NCBI GenBank assembly: GCA_965223665.1
Contig: OZ245011.1
Location: forward strand, 3,808,001 to 3,872,000
Source: Nitrospinaceae bacterium
GTDB lineage: Bacteria > Nitrospinota > Nitrospinia > Nitrospinales > Nitrospinaceae
Reading direction: 5' to 3'
Length of the DNA stretch: 64,000 bases
Each line of letters opens with the position of its first letter. The stretch's first letter is position 1. Made by a program: the position numbers and the translations under genes. Of the stretch, positions 29,510 through 39,026 are shown in pieces. The notes under the pieces were generated by a model. It saw nothing but the letters and a program-made list of their open reading frames with translations. It did not search any database and had not been told where the DNA came from.

Positions 29510-30433
29510 TTAATTCATATAATCCAGGCTTGCAGTTTTAGTTATTTCGACCACCAAGTCTTCAAAACCCATCCCAGATTGTTTTGCAGCCATCGGTAAT
29601 AAGCTTGTAGGGGTCATACCGGGAATAGTATTCATTTCTAAAACGAAGGGTGTCCCGTTTTTATCTAATATAAAGTCAACTCGTGGAAATCCTCTTCCTT
29701 TGAGAGCACGGAAAACTTCAATTGAATATTGATTACATCTTTTCGCTTCTTCATCAGTTAATTCCGCGGGGCAAAAATATTGAGTTTTTCCTTTAGTGTA
29801 TTTTGCTTCGTAATCGTAAAACCCCGATTTAGGTTCAATGTGAACAATGGGTAACGGTTGATCTTGATTCATTCCTACCGCCAATTGTTTTCCTTGAATA
29901 AATTTTTCTACCAGTACTTCCTTTGAATATTTGAAAGCTAGTTCTAAAGCTGGGAACCATTCACTTTCCTTTTTTACAATGCTTACTCCGAGACTGGATC
30001 CCTGATCTGGAGGTTTGACCACTACAGGTAAATCTAAAGTTCTAGGCTGGGTTTTTAAATTATTAACTGTGAAAACCTGAAAGGGAGCTGAGGGAATTCC
30101 CTTGGCTTCTAAAATTTCCTTCGTAATAATTTTGTTATAAGCCATAGAGCTTCCTAATACACCTGACCCTGTATAGGGAATTTTTAAATATTCCAATAAT
30201 CCTTGAATGGTCCCATCCTCTCCAAAAGTTCCATGCAAAGCAATAAATGCAATTTCGATCTTTTGGTTTACTAAAGTTGCGGCTATCTTATGGTCAACGT
30301 CAATGGAAATAGCCTGGAAACCCTTATTTAGCAAAGCCTGAAAAACTTCTTTACCTGAAGTCAAAGAAATTTCGCGTTCCGGAGAAAGGCCTCCCATTAA
30401 AACCCCTATAGTTTTATCTTCCAGTTTTTTCAA
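29510..30433 (-). CDS. ddl: D-alanine--D-alanine ligase
   Basis: GG.S.EREISL.SG, LHG.FGEDG, GSS.GV, YDYEAKY, EMNTIPGMT. Confidence 0.98.
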   Translation of the reverse strand: MKKLEDKTIGVLMGGLSPEREISLTSGKEVFQALLNKGFQAISIDVDHKIAATLVNQKIEIAFIALHGTFGEDGTIQGLLEYLKIPYTGSGVLGSSMAYNKIITKEILEAKGIPSAPFQVFTVNNLKTQPRTLDLPVVVKPPDQGSSLGVSIVKKESEWFPALELAFKYSKEVLVEKFIQGKQLAVGMNQDQPLPIVHIEPKSGFYDYEAKYTKGKTQYFCPAELTDEEAKRCNQYSIEVFRALKGRGFPRVDFILDKNGTPFVLEMNTIPGMTPTSLLPMAAKQSGMGFEDLVVEITKTASLDYMN

Positions 30434-30445
30434 TTACAAACCTCT

Positions 30446-31375
30446 CTAGGATTCGTCACCCACTATAATGACCTCCGTATCAAGATGAATTCCCGAATCT
30501 CTTTTTACTGCGGTTTGTATTTGTTTTATTAACTTCAATACTTCCTCGGCCTTTGCCATGCCATGATTCACAATAAAATTAGCATGCTTGATGGAAACCC
30601 CAGCATCTCCTACGCGGTAACCTTTTAATCCTGCTTCCTCAATTAATTTTCCAGCGGCCTTTTCTTTAGGATTTTTAAAAACTGACCCAGTGTTGGGTAA
30701 AGTTAAAGGTTGTTTCTGACGTCTGCGGTTTAAATGCCGCTCAATTCCATTTTGAATTTCTATAAGCTCACCTTTTTTCAACTCCAATTCTGCTTTAACA
30801 ATAATTCCACCAGAACTGGGAAAGGTAGTTTTTCTGTAATCAAAAACTAAATCATCGTGGTTGAGTGTTTCGAGATTTCCATCTGGGGTAACGCGAGTGA
30901 CGGATTTTACGATTTGACAAATTTCCGTTCCATCAGCTCCTGCATTCATTATTAATGCACCCCCAAGAGATCCCGGGATGCCAACTAAATCTTCCATTCC
31001 GGTTAAGGAATAACGTGCAAGGGATTTAACCAAGTAGGACATTTTGGTTCCAGCGCCAACCTCAACAGTTGCAATTTCCTCTCCACGATCATTCTTTGAA
31101 AATTGAGGGTTTCCTATCCAACGAAAACCTTCATCTATGGAAACAACAATTCCCCTGATACCTTTGTCACGAACCACTAAATTGGTTCCCTCTCCAAGGA
31201 TAAAAATTGGCAATTCTCCAGCATGACTAAAAATAATTTGCAGATCTTTAATATCCTTTGGGATGATAAATAAATCAGCAGGTCCTCCAACACGAAGCGA
31301 TGTATGTTGAGACATTAATTCATTGGGGTATACCTTTCCTTGAATTTTATTAAGCCAAGAAATTTTTGGATGCAT
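30446..31375 (-). CDS. murB: UDP-N-acetylenolpyruvoylglucosamine reductase
   Basis: HTSLRVGGPA, G.GTNL, GIPGSLGG...MNAGA, QP...GSVFKNP, KHANF. The frame is open to 31507, but homology starts near the ATG at 31375. Confidence 0.96.
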   Translation of the reverse strand: MHPKISWLNKIQGKVYPNELMSQHTSLRVGGPADLFIIPKDIKDLQIIFSHAGELPIFILGEGTNLVVRDKGIRGIVVSIDEGFRWIGNPQFSKNDRGEEIATVEVGAGTKMSYLVKSLARYSLTGMEDLVGIPGSLGGALIMNAGADGTEICQIVKSVTRVTPDGNLETLNHDDLVFDYRKTTFPSSGGIIVKAELELKKGELIEIQNGIERHLNRRRQKQPLTLPNTGSVFKNPKEKAAGKLIEEAGLKGYRVGDAGVSIKHANFIVNHGMAKAEEVLKLIKQIQTAVKRDSGIHLDTEVIIVGDES

Positions 31376-31500
31376 AACTGATCTCTTAAAAATGGTTCTT
31401 CCCAAGATGGTTTTAGGAGTTTGGGGAAGTGTTAGCAGGGAAGGGCTTTGCCCATGCTGCCGGTGTGCAAATTGAATTAAATGAGTTTTCCAAGGATCAT

Positions 31501-32919
31501 TTAACATGGAAGAATGTCCTTTCCTGGTTCTCCGGAGCTTAATCGCTCAGGCAGGTTGACGAGTAAATCTTGTCCTAATTTCCAAACATTACCGGCTCCT
31601 AAAGTTAAAAAAACATCTCCCGGTTGAAGGGTTTGAGACAAGTGAGTAAGTGTTTCATTTTGAGTTTCAATTAATTCGACATGTTTATGGCCAAACTTTT
31701 TAATTCCTTCTGAAATTAATCCGGCATGAATACCTTCAATAGGTTCCTCTCCAGCGGGAAATATTGAGTTGATTATCAAATAATCCGCATCATTAAATGA
31801 AGACCAAAATTGCTCTAACAAAGTTTGAGTTCTGGAATAACGGTGAGGTTGAAAAACTACAATCGATCTTCTATGCGGCCAAACTTCTTTCACAGTTTTT
31901 AAAGTTACCTGAATTTCAGCAGGGTGATGGCCATAGTCGTCAACGATTATAAAGTTTTTTGAGTTGTGGATAATTTCGAATCTTCGTTGTACCCCAGAGA
32001 AATTTTTTAATGACTGAGTAATTTCATTGAATTCCATGTTTAATTCCATGCCCACGGCAACTGCCGCTAAAGTGTTTAAGACATTGTGACGTCCTGGGGC
32101 AATTGAATGAATTTCTCCCAAAGATTTTCCCTGGTAGTTGACCGTAAACCAGGTATCCAACCCGTTGTTAGAAATGTCTTTTGCTGTATAATCCGCTTGG
32201 CTGGTTAATCCATAGGTGATATACCGTTTTTCTAATTGCGGGATGAGTGATTGTAAATTAGGTTCGTCCAAACATAGAATCGAGCAACCGTAAAAAGGAA
32301 CATTGTTCAAAAATTTCAAGAAAGTTTGTTTTAAGTTATCCAATGTTTTGTAATGATCCATGTGTTCTTCGTCCAGGGTCGTGACAACGGCTATGGTTGG
32401 CGACAGTTTCAAAAAAGAACCGTCGCTTTCGTCAGCTTCTGCAACTAAATACTCGCTTTCCCCGACCTTGGCATGACTGCCCGCGCTTTTGAGCCTACCC
32501 CCCACCACAACAGTAGGATCAAGGTGGCCCCCCGCAAGGACAGTAGCTACTAAGGAAGTAGTAGTCGTTTTTCCATGTGTTCCTGCAATGGCTATCCCAT
32601 ATTTCATTCTCATTAATTCGGCCAGCATTTCTGCGCGGGGAATAACCGGAATCATCTGGTCTTTAGCGGCTAAAACTTCAACGTTATAAGATTTTACTGC
32701 GCTAGAGGTAACTACAACCTGAGACCCTTCAATATTTTTCGCATGATGCTCGTATTGAATTTCTGCCCCCATTTTCGTCAAATGGTCGGTAACATGGGTT
32801 TTGGCTAGATCTGAACCTGAGACTGTGAATCCTTCATTTATTAAAACCTCAGCGATTCCGCTCATGCCAGATCCTCCGATCCCTACAAAATGAATATGTT
32901 TTGTTTTTCCTAAAAACAT
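31501..32919 (-). CDS. murC: UDP-N-acetylmuramate--L-alanine ligase
   Basis: GIGGSGMSG, GTHGKTTT, EADESD, DDYGHHP, FQPHRY. Confidence 0.98.
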   Translation of the reverse strand: MFLGKTKHIHFVGIGGSGMSGIAEVLINEGFTVSGSDLAKTHVTDHLTKMGAEIQYEHHAKNIEGSQVVVTSSAVKSYNVEVLAAKDQMIPVIPRAEMLAELMRMKYGIAIAGTHGKTTTTSLVATVLAGGHLDPTVVVGGRLKSAGSHAKVGESEYLVAEADESDGSFLKLSPTIAVVTTLDEEHMDHYKTLDNLKQTFLKFLNNVPFYGCSILCLDEPNLQSLIPQLEKRYITYGLTSQADYTAKDISNNGLDTWFTVNYQGKSLGEIHSIAPGRHNVLNTLAAVAVGMELNMEFNEITQSLKNFSGVQRRFEIIHNSKNFIIVDDYGHHPAEIQVTLKTVKEVWPHRRSIVVFQPHRYSRTQTLLEQFWSSFNDADYLIINSIFPAGEEPIEGIHAGLISEGIKKFGHKHVELIETQNETLTHLSQTLQPGDVFLTLGAGNVWKLGQDLLVNLPERLSSGEPGKDILPC

Positions 32920-32952
32920 TTGATCTGATCATCTCTTATTTGTTAAGGTGCC

Positions 32953-34044
32953 TTAAGCGGCAATTTTCATCATTTCTAAGCAAATATTACGTACTTGATT
33001 GGTTGCGTTTCTTTTTCCCAGTTGAAAACTCTTTTTGCTGCGTTTGATAATTTCTCCCGGGTTTTTCAAAGCGAATAAAATCGAGTCAGCCAATCTTCTT
33101 CCACTAATATCTCGGTCTAAAATCATTTCTGCTGCTCCGGCTTGCACCAATGTTTGCGCATTGTGTTCCTGGTGATTGTGGGCTGCAAATGGAAAAGGGA
33201 TTAATATTGAAGCTTTGCCCATTGCAGTTAACTCCGCCAAAGTAGTGGCCCCAGCCCGGCAAATTACTAAAGAGGCCTTTTGGTATTGATTAGCCATATC
33301 AAAAATAAAAGCGTTGACTTCAGCCTCAAACCCTTTTTCTTGATAGTGATTTTTTAATTTTTTTTCGTCTGTTTCACCCGTTTGATGGATGAAAGTTAAT
33401 TGGTTTTTTGCAGACTCCAAAAAATTTAATGCTTCTGCCATTGCTTGGTTAATAGAATGAGCTCCCTGACTGCCCCCCAATAATAAAATGGTAGTTTTTT
33501 CTTTTGGAGTGGTATCGGGTTCTGAGGCATTACTAAATTCCTCGCGTATCATATTTCCAGTGAATACTACTTTTTCTTTTGGAAAATATTTTTCACCTTC
33601 CTGAAAAGATATCGCGACCTTATTTACAATCTTTCCCAACAAACGATTGGTGACTCCAGGAATAGTATTTTGTTCATGTATCAAAATTGGAATAAATAAC
33701 ATTCTTGCAGCTAAAGCAACTGGCCCTGATACATAGCCTCCTACTCCGATTACCAGGGAAGGTCTTTCTTTTAGAAGTAAAGTTAGAGACTGTGCCAGGC
33801 TAATTGGGAGTTTGAGCCAACCGGTCCAGCGTTTAAGGCCTTTTTTGCCGAGTAATCCTGCCGAATCTATAGTTTTCAAGGTCAAGCCTTCCTTAGGTAA
33901 AACTTTTGACTCTATTCCCCGTTCAGTTCCCACAAAGGTTATTTGAAATTCAGGGTCGTACTTCATAAGTGATCTCGCTAAAGCAATTCCGGGAAAAAGA
34001 TGTCCACCTGTACCACCCCCGGCTATTACTATCTTTTTCCTCAT
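32953..34044 (-). CDS. murG: Undecaprenyl-PP-MurNAc-pentapeptide GlcNAc transferase
   Basis: GGGTGGH, GGY, HEQN, GGSQGA, RAGA.T. Confidence 0.98.
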   Translation of the reverse strand: MRKKIVIAGGGTGGHLFPGIALARSLMKYDPEFQITFVGTERGIESKVLPKEGLTLKTIDSAGLLGKKGLKRWTGWLKLPISLAQSLTLLLKERPSLVIGVGGYVSGPVALAARMLFIPILIHEQNTIPGVTNRLLGKIVNKVAISFQEGEKYFPKEKVVFTGNMIREEFSNASEPDTTPKEKTTILLLGGSQGAHSINQAMAEALNFLESAKNQLTFIHQTGETDEKKLKNHYQEKGFEAEVNAFIFDMANQYQKASLVICRAGATTLAELTAMGKASILIPFPFAAHNHQEHNAQTLVQAGAAEMILDRDISGRRLADSILFALKNPGEIIKRSKKSFQLGKRNATNQVRNICLEMMKIAA

Positions 34045-34053
34045 GATTTCAAC

Positions 34054-35166
34054 TTAAGACCGAATGGTGTTTTCGGAAATATTTAATAAAACTCCCATAC
34101 TGGCCATAGTGATCAGTAGGGAGGACCCACCTAAACTGATAAATGGCAATGTCAGTCCTTTTGTTGGTAATATCCCAACAGCTACTCCCATGTTAATTAA
34201 AGCTTGTATTCCTACTGTAAAAGTCAACCCGAAGGCTAAATGAGTTCCAAATAAATCTTTGGCGCGAAAGGCGGTGCTTAAACCTCTCCAAATTAATAAA
34301 GCAAATAAAGTTATGATTACTAATGATCCTATAAACCCAAGTTCCTCTCCAATCACGGAAAAAATAAAATCGGTATGTGCTTCCGGTAAATAAAAAAGTT
34401 TTTGTTTGCTGTCGCCTAATCCCAATCCCCAAATTCCGCCTCGCCCGAAAGCTAAAAAGGATTGCACAGCCTGAAAGCCACTATTTCCAGCATCTGACCA
34501 TGGGTCTAAAAAAGATAATAGTCTGCGTGCTCTATATTCTGTTCCCCATACTGCTGAAATCAAAAAAGGTAATACTGCCAACACAGAAATGAATAGAAAT
34601 TTCTTGCGGATGCCAGCAATAAAGAACATTGAAAAGGATACGGCAGAAATAATCATGGCCGTTCCAAAGTCCGGTTGAAATAAAATCAGTATAAAAAATA
34701 TTCCTAATACAATGAGGTTTGGAAGATAACCGTATGTAAAGTTTTTTAATTTTGAAGATCGCTTTACCATTGAATGGGCAATAAAAAGTACTATTGCAAA
34801 CTTTGCTAATTCGGAGGGTTGGAATGTGAAGCCAAAAAAATTAAGCCACCGCCGAGCACCCCCCACTTCTTTCCCCCAACCAGGGACAATAACTAATATT
34901 AGAAGGGTTAACGAAATTATAAGAATGGGGTAATTAAACTTTTGCCAATTATGGTAGTCCGTATGTCGAGCCCACAATAAAATTCCAGTTCCTAATAAAA
35001 CCCAAAGCAAGTGGCGTTTTAAAAAATAATAAGAATCCTGATATTCTTGCATGGCGTAAACTGCGCTTGAACTAAAGACCATCACAATTCCAGCTATTAC
35101 TAACGTTGCAATCGTTAGGCTTAACAAAACATCACTGGTTTGTTGTTTGATTCTTGACCGATTCAT
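34054..35166 (-). CDS. ftsW: SEDS glycosyltransferase FtsW
   Basis: GARRW, QPSE..K, QPDFG, LPEAHTDF, PTKG.TLP..S.GGS. Confidence 0.97.
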   Translation of the reverse strand: MNRSRIKQQTSDVLLSLTIATLVIAGIVMVFSSSAVYAMQEYQDSYYFLKRHLLWVLLGTGILLWARHTDYHNWQKFNYPILIISLTLLILVIVPGWGKEVGGARRWLNFFGFTFQPSELAKFAIVLFIAHSMVKRSSKLKNFTYGYLPNLIVLGIFFILILFQPDFGTAMIISAVSFSMFFIAGIRKKFLFISVLAVLPFLISAVWGTEYRARRLLSFLDPWSDAGNSGFQAVQSFLAFGRGGIWGLGLGDSKQKLFYLPEAHTDFIFSVIGEELGFIGSLVIITLFALLIWRGLSTAFRAKDLFGTHLAFGLTFTVGIQALINMGVAVGILPTKGLTLPFISLGGSSLLITMASMGVLLNISENTIRS

Positions 35167-35202
35167 AATTCCTTTTTACGTTTGACTTTATTTGAAAAAT
35201 AC

Positions 35203-36537
35203 CTAAAGCTTCTTTACAAAATCTTTAAACTTAGTTCCTCTTTCCGCAAAATCTTTGAACATGTCAAAGCTAGCGCAACCGGGGGAAAGCAAAACGACTT
35301 CTCCGGAGTTTGTCATGGAATATGCTTTTTCGACTGCAGTTTCTAATGAGTCAGCCTCTTCGCATCGGGTAGAACTGGCAAATTCATTTTTAATTTTTTC
35401 TTTGGCATTCCCGATTAGAATGAGCAGCTTCACTTTTTTTTGAATTAAATTTTTTAATGGAGAAAAATCTGCTCCTTTATCCTGCCCACCCATAATTAGA
35501 GTTACTGGATGACTCATGCACCTTAGCGACTTTTCTACGGCTCCAATATTGGTTCCTTTGGAATCATTGATATACTCCACTCCATTTAAATTGCGCACCC
35601 ATTCCAGCCTATGCTCTAAGCCTGAAAAGGACTCAAGAGCTTTTTTAATATCGTGTGTATTTATCCCTATTGCCACTGCCGCAGTAACCGCAGCTAACAC
35701 ATTTTCCAGCTGCCATTTTAGAGATATTTGGAGGTTGTCGATTTTGCAGATAAACTTTTCTTTTCCATCCAGGTTTACCATAATGGATTCATTTTTTAGA
35801 TATCCACCCGTTTTTACTTTGTGTTGTGTACTAAAATAAAGTTTTGTAGCTTTCAGACCCTCAGAAATATTGTTGACCCATTCGTCATCTTTATTGAGAA
35901 TTAAAAAATCTTGTGCCTCCTGGTTTTCTGCAATTTTTCTTTTTATTTGTGCGTAATGCTCTATAGTTGAATGCCTATCCAAATGGTCAGGGGTGATATT
36001 TAAAATTAAACTAACTCGAGGATGAAAAAGATGGGTTCCCTCAAGTTGGAAACTACTTACTTCAATAACTAAATAATCTTCAGGAGGTTCTTCTAATAAG
36101 GAAACAAAAGGGATCCCTATGTTTCCTCCGACTCTAATATCTTTACCCGCAGACTCTAAAATAGCTCCAATTAAAGTTGTTGTGGTAGATTTACCATTAG
36201 TTCCTGTAATGGCTATAATCTGGGTGGAAGTCATTTGACTTGCTAGTTCTAATTCGCTGATGATCATTTTCTTCCTAGCCCGAGCTTCTTTTAATTCAGG
36301 AGAATGAATGTCCATTCCTGGGCTTAAGATGATCAAATCGGATTCCGGTGCAGGTTCTGAAGTTCCAAACAATTTTTTTATTCCAGGTAAAAGTTGTTTT
36401 GAAATATCTCTAAGTGATTCTTCAGATTTCTTATCCTGTAGAACAACACGTGCACCTTGCTTTTGTAAGAAGTTAGCAGTCGAAATCCCTGTTTTTGCCA
36501 TACCAATGACTGACACTGTTTTTCCTTTCAAGTCCAT
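35203..36537 (-). CDS. murD: UDP-MurNAc-L-Ala--D-glutamate ligase
   Basis: TGTNGKSTT, GGNIG, EVSSFQL, DHLDRH, NDSKGTN, LSPGCASFD. Confidence 0.98.
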   Translation of the reverse strand: MDLKGKTVSVIGMAKTGISTANFLQKQGARVVLQDKKSEESLRDISKQLLPGIKKLFGTSEPAPESDLIILSPGMDIHSPELKEARARKKMIISELELASQMTSTQIIAITGTNGKSTTTTLIGAILESAGKDIRVGGNIGIPFVSLLEEPPEDYLVIEVSSFQLEGTHLFHPRVSLILNITPDHLDRHSTIEHYAQIKRKIAENQEAQDFLILNKDDEWVNNISEGLKATKLYFSTQHKVKTGGYLKNESIMVNLDGKEKFICKIDNLQISLKWQLENVLAAVTAAVAIGINTHDIKKALESFSGLEHRLEWVRNLNGVEYINDSKGTNIGAVEKSLRCMSHPVTLIMGGQDKGADFSPLKNLIQKKVKLLILIGNAKEKIKNEFASSTRCEEADSLETAVEKAYSMTNSGEVVLLSPGCASFDMFKDFAERGTKFKDFVKKL

Positions 36538-36540
36538 GTT

Positions 36541-37626
36541 TTATCGAAGCTTTAAAGTGCTTAAGCTAATCATGGCTAAAACGATTGCGATAATCCAAAA
36601 TCTAACAATGACTTTTGGCTCTTCCCATCCCAATTGTTCAAAGTGATGGTGTAAAGGAGCCATTTTGAAAAATCGCTTGCCCCCGGTGTATTTGAAATAA
36701 GCGACTTGAATAATTACTGAAAGTGCTTCAATTACAAATATGCCACCTACTAAAATCAACAATAGTTCTTGTTTAGAAATAACTGCAACGGTTCCTAATA
36801 CTCCTCCAAGAGAAAGAGAGCCTACGTCTCCCATAAACATTTGTGCGGGATAAGCATTGAACCAAAGAAATCCTAAGCTGGCTCCGACGATGGCGGAGGT
36901 TAAGACTGCAATTTCTCCCGCATCTCGGATATGTTGTATATTGAGGTAGTCTGCAAACTTAAAATGGCCCGAAATATAAGCAATTCCGGTATAAGTTAAC
37001 GTGGCAATTATGATCGGACCAATGGCCAATCCATCAAGGCCATCAGTTAGGTTTACTGCGTTAGAAGTTCCTACAATAATGAATATGATTAATACGACAT
37101 AACCCCAACCCAAATCTGGATTGACGTCTTTGAAAAAGGGAACATAAAGATTTGTTGCGTAATCAGCTCGTTGAGGATCGAAATACACTAAATAAATTCC
37201 TACGCCTAAACTGATTAATATTTGAAAAAACAACTTTCCTTTGGCGGTGATACCTTTCCCCTTACGAAGCTTGAGCCAATCGTCAAAAAAACCAAGTAAA
37301 CCAAACCCCAAGGCAACATAAACCAGCAGCCATATGTAGAAATTAGTCAGGTTAGACCAAAGGATGGTTGCAAATAAAAAAGCAAATATAATGAGAAGTC
37401 CGCCCATTGTGGGAGTTCCCGATTTCGCCATATGCTGCTGCGGGCCTTCTTCGCGAATCGTTTCCCGAATTTGCATCCTTTGTAAGAACCTGATGAGAAT
37501 GGGTCCAAAAAGCAAACACAATGCAAGAGCTGTCAGGCCTGCATAAGCGGATCTAAAAGTAATATAGCGAAATACGTTAAATATCGAGTATTCCGAGCTG
37601 AGTGGGTAGAACCAATGATAGAACAT
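36541..37626 (-). CDS. mraY: Phospho-N-acetylmuramoyl-pentapeptide transferase
   Basis: GTPTMGG, DD, NAVNLTDGLDG, FMGD.G, MAPLHHHF. Confidence 0.98.
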   Translation of the reverse strand: MFYHWFYPLSSEYSIFNVFRYITFRSAYAGLTALALCLLFGPILIRFLQRMQIRETIREEGPQQHMAKSGTPTMGGLLIIFAFLFATILWSNLTNFYIWLLVYVALGFGLLGFFDDWLKLRKGKGITAKGKLFFQILISLGVGIYLVYFDPQRADYATNLYVPFFKDVNPDLGWGYVVLIIFIIVGTSNAVNLTDGLDGLAIGPIIIATLTYTGIAYISGHFKFADYLNIQHIRDAGEIAVLTSAIVGASLGFLWFNAYPAQMFMGDVGSLSLGGVLGTVAVISKQELLLILVGGIFVIEALSVIIQVAYFKYTGGKRFFKMAPLHHHFEQLGWEEPKVIVRFWIIAIVLAMISLSTLKLR

Positions 37627-37631
37627 GAGTT

Positions 37632-39026
37632 TTAAAGTTTTTCCATTAAGTCATTAAAAACGATTTCAATTTCCGCGCCTCTTGAACCCTTGAATAAAAT
37701 GCAATCACCAGACTGAATAATATTTTTCAAAAAGTCTGCTGCCTCATTTTGTTTTTTGAATCGGTGAATATGGTCATTAGGCATTCCTTTTCCGAATGCT
37801 CCTTCCGATATTTCTTCCGCTAACCCACCTACGGTTACTAAATGATCAATTTTTAAACCCGCAATTATTTCTCCAATTTTTTTGTGCTCTTCATGCTCGG
37901 CTTCTCCGAGTTCTAACATGTCACCTAAAACCAGAATTTTTTTGCCAGGGTGTTGGAAATTGATTAACGTATCTAAGGCTTGACGCATGGATTGAGGGTT
38001 CGCATTGTAAGCATCATTAATAAAGAACATGCTTTTAAATTGAATAACCTCACACCGCTGAGAAAGCTTTTCAATTTTATTTAAGCTTTCATTCATGGTC
38101 TCCAAAGGGACACCCAGACAATACCCAGTTGTAATAGCCGCAAGTGCGTTGTAAACATTTCCAAAACCTAAAAGGGGAACATGTATTGCAATTTCGTGGT
38201 CAAAAATTTTTGCCGTAAAATCATACCCAGATGTTCCATTTAATTTGATATCCCGTGCTTGCACATCTGCAGGTTTTTCGATGCCAAAGGTAATAGTTTT
38301 AGAGCGTAAACGAACTGCCAAATCCCGAACCAAGGGGTCATCAGCATTAACAATAGCTGTTCCGCTTTCCGGAAGGGCCTCAAACAATTCTCCTTTAGCG
38401 GCTTGCACTTCATGAATGGTTTTCAAATGAACCATGTGTGCTTTGGAAATATTGGTAATGAGGCCAACTTCTGGCCGAGCTATTTCAGCCAATTGACGAA
38501 TTTCCCCGGCCGCACTCATACCCATTTCGAAAACAGCAACTTCGTGCGATTCTTCTAACTCAAATATGTTTAAAGGAAGCCCGATATGATTATTTAGGTT
38601 TCCGCGTGTTTTAAAAGTTTTGGCCACAGCGGAAACAACCGCCGCAATCATTTCCTTGGTAGTTGATTTTCCGTTCGAACCTGTAACCCCAATAACCTTT
38701 AGGTTCAACTGATTGCGTCGATACTTTGCTAAATCTTGCATAGCCTTCAAGGTATCAGGAACCCAAACCACAAATGTTCCACTGGCCTCAAGATCCAATT
38801 CGGCTACAATGTCTCGATTGGAGATCACTATCCCTCCCGCTTTTTTTTTGATTACTTCTTTTAAAAAATTGTGTCCGTCAAATCGGTCACCACGAATGCA
38901 AAAAAACAATTGCTGGGGTCGAAGAGTCCTTGAGTCAATCGAAACTCCTTTGAATGAGTCCGAAGCTTTTCCAACAATTTTTTTTCCTTTTACTGCCTCC
39001 AGCAAAGATCCTAAATCACTATTCAT
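37632..39026 (-). CDS. murF: UDP-MurNAc-tripeptide--D-Ala-D-Ala ligase
   Basis: TGSNGKSTTK, NNHIGLP, EMGM, DAYNANP, GDMLELG, KGSRG. Confidence 0.97.
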   Translation of the reverse strand: MNSDLGSLLEAVKGKKIVGKASDSFKGVSIDSRTLRPQQLFFCIRGDRFDGHNFLKEVIKKKAGGIVISNRDIVAELDLEASGTFVVWVPDTLKAMQDLAKYRRNQLNLKVIGVTGSNGKSTTKEMIAAVVSAVAKTFKTRGNLNNHIGLPLNIFELEESHEVAVFEMGMSAAGEIRQLAEIARPEVGLITNISKAHMVHLKTIHEVQAAKGELFEALPESGTAIVNADDPLVRDLAVRLRSKTITFGIEKPADVQARDIKLNGTSGYDFTAKIFDHEIAIHVPLLGFGNVYNALAAITTGYCLGVPLETMNESLNKIEKLSQRCEVIQFKSMFFINDAYNANPQSMRQALDTLINFQHPGKKILVLGDMLELGEAEHEEHKKIGEIIAGLKIDHLVTVGGLAEEISEGAFGKGMPNDHIHRFKKQNEAADFLKNIIQSGDCILFKGSRGAEIEIVFNDLMEKL

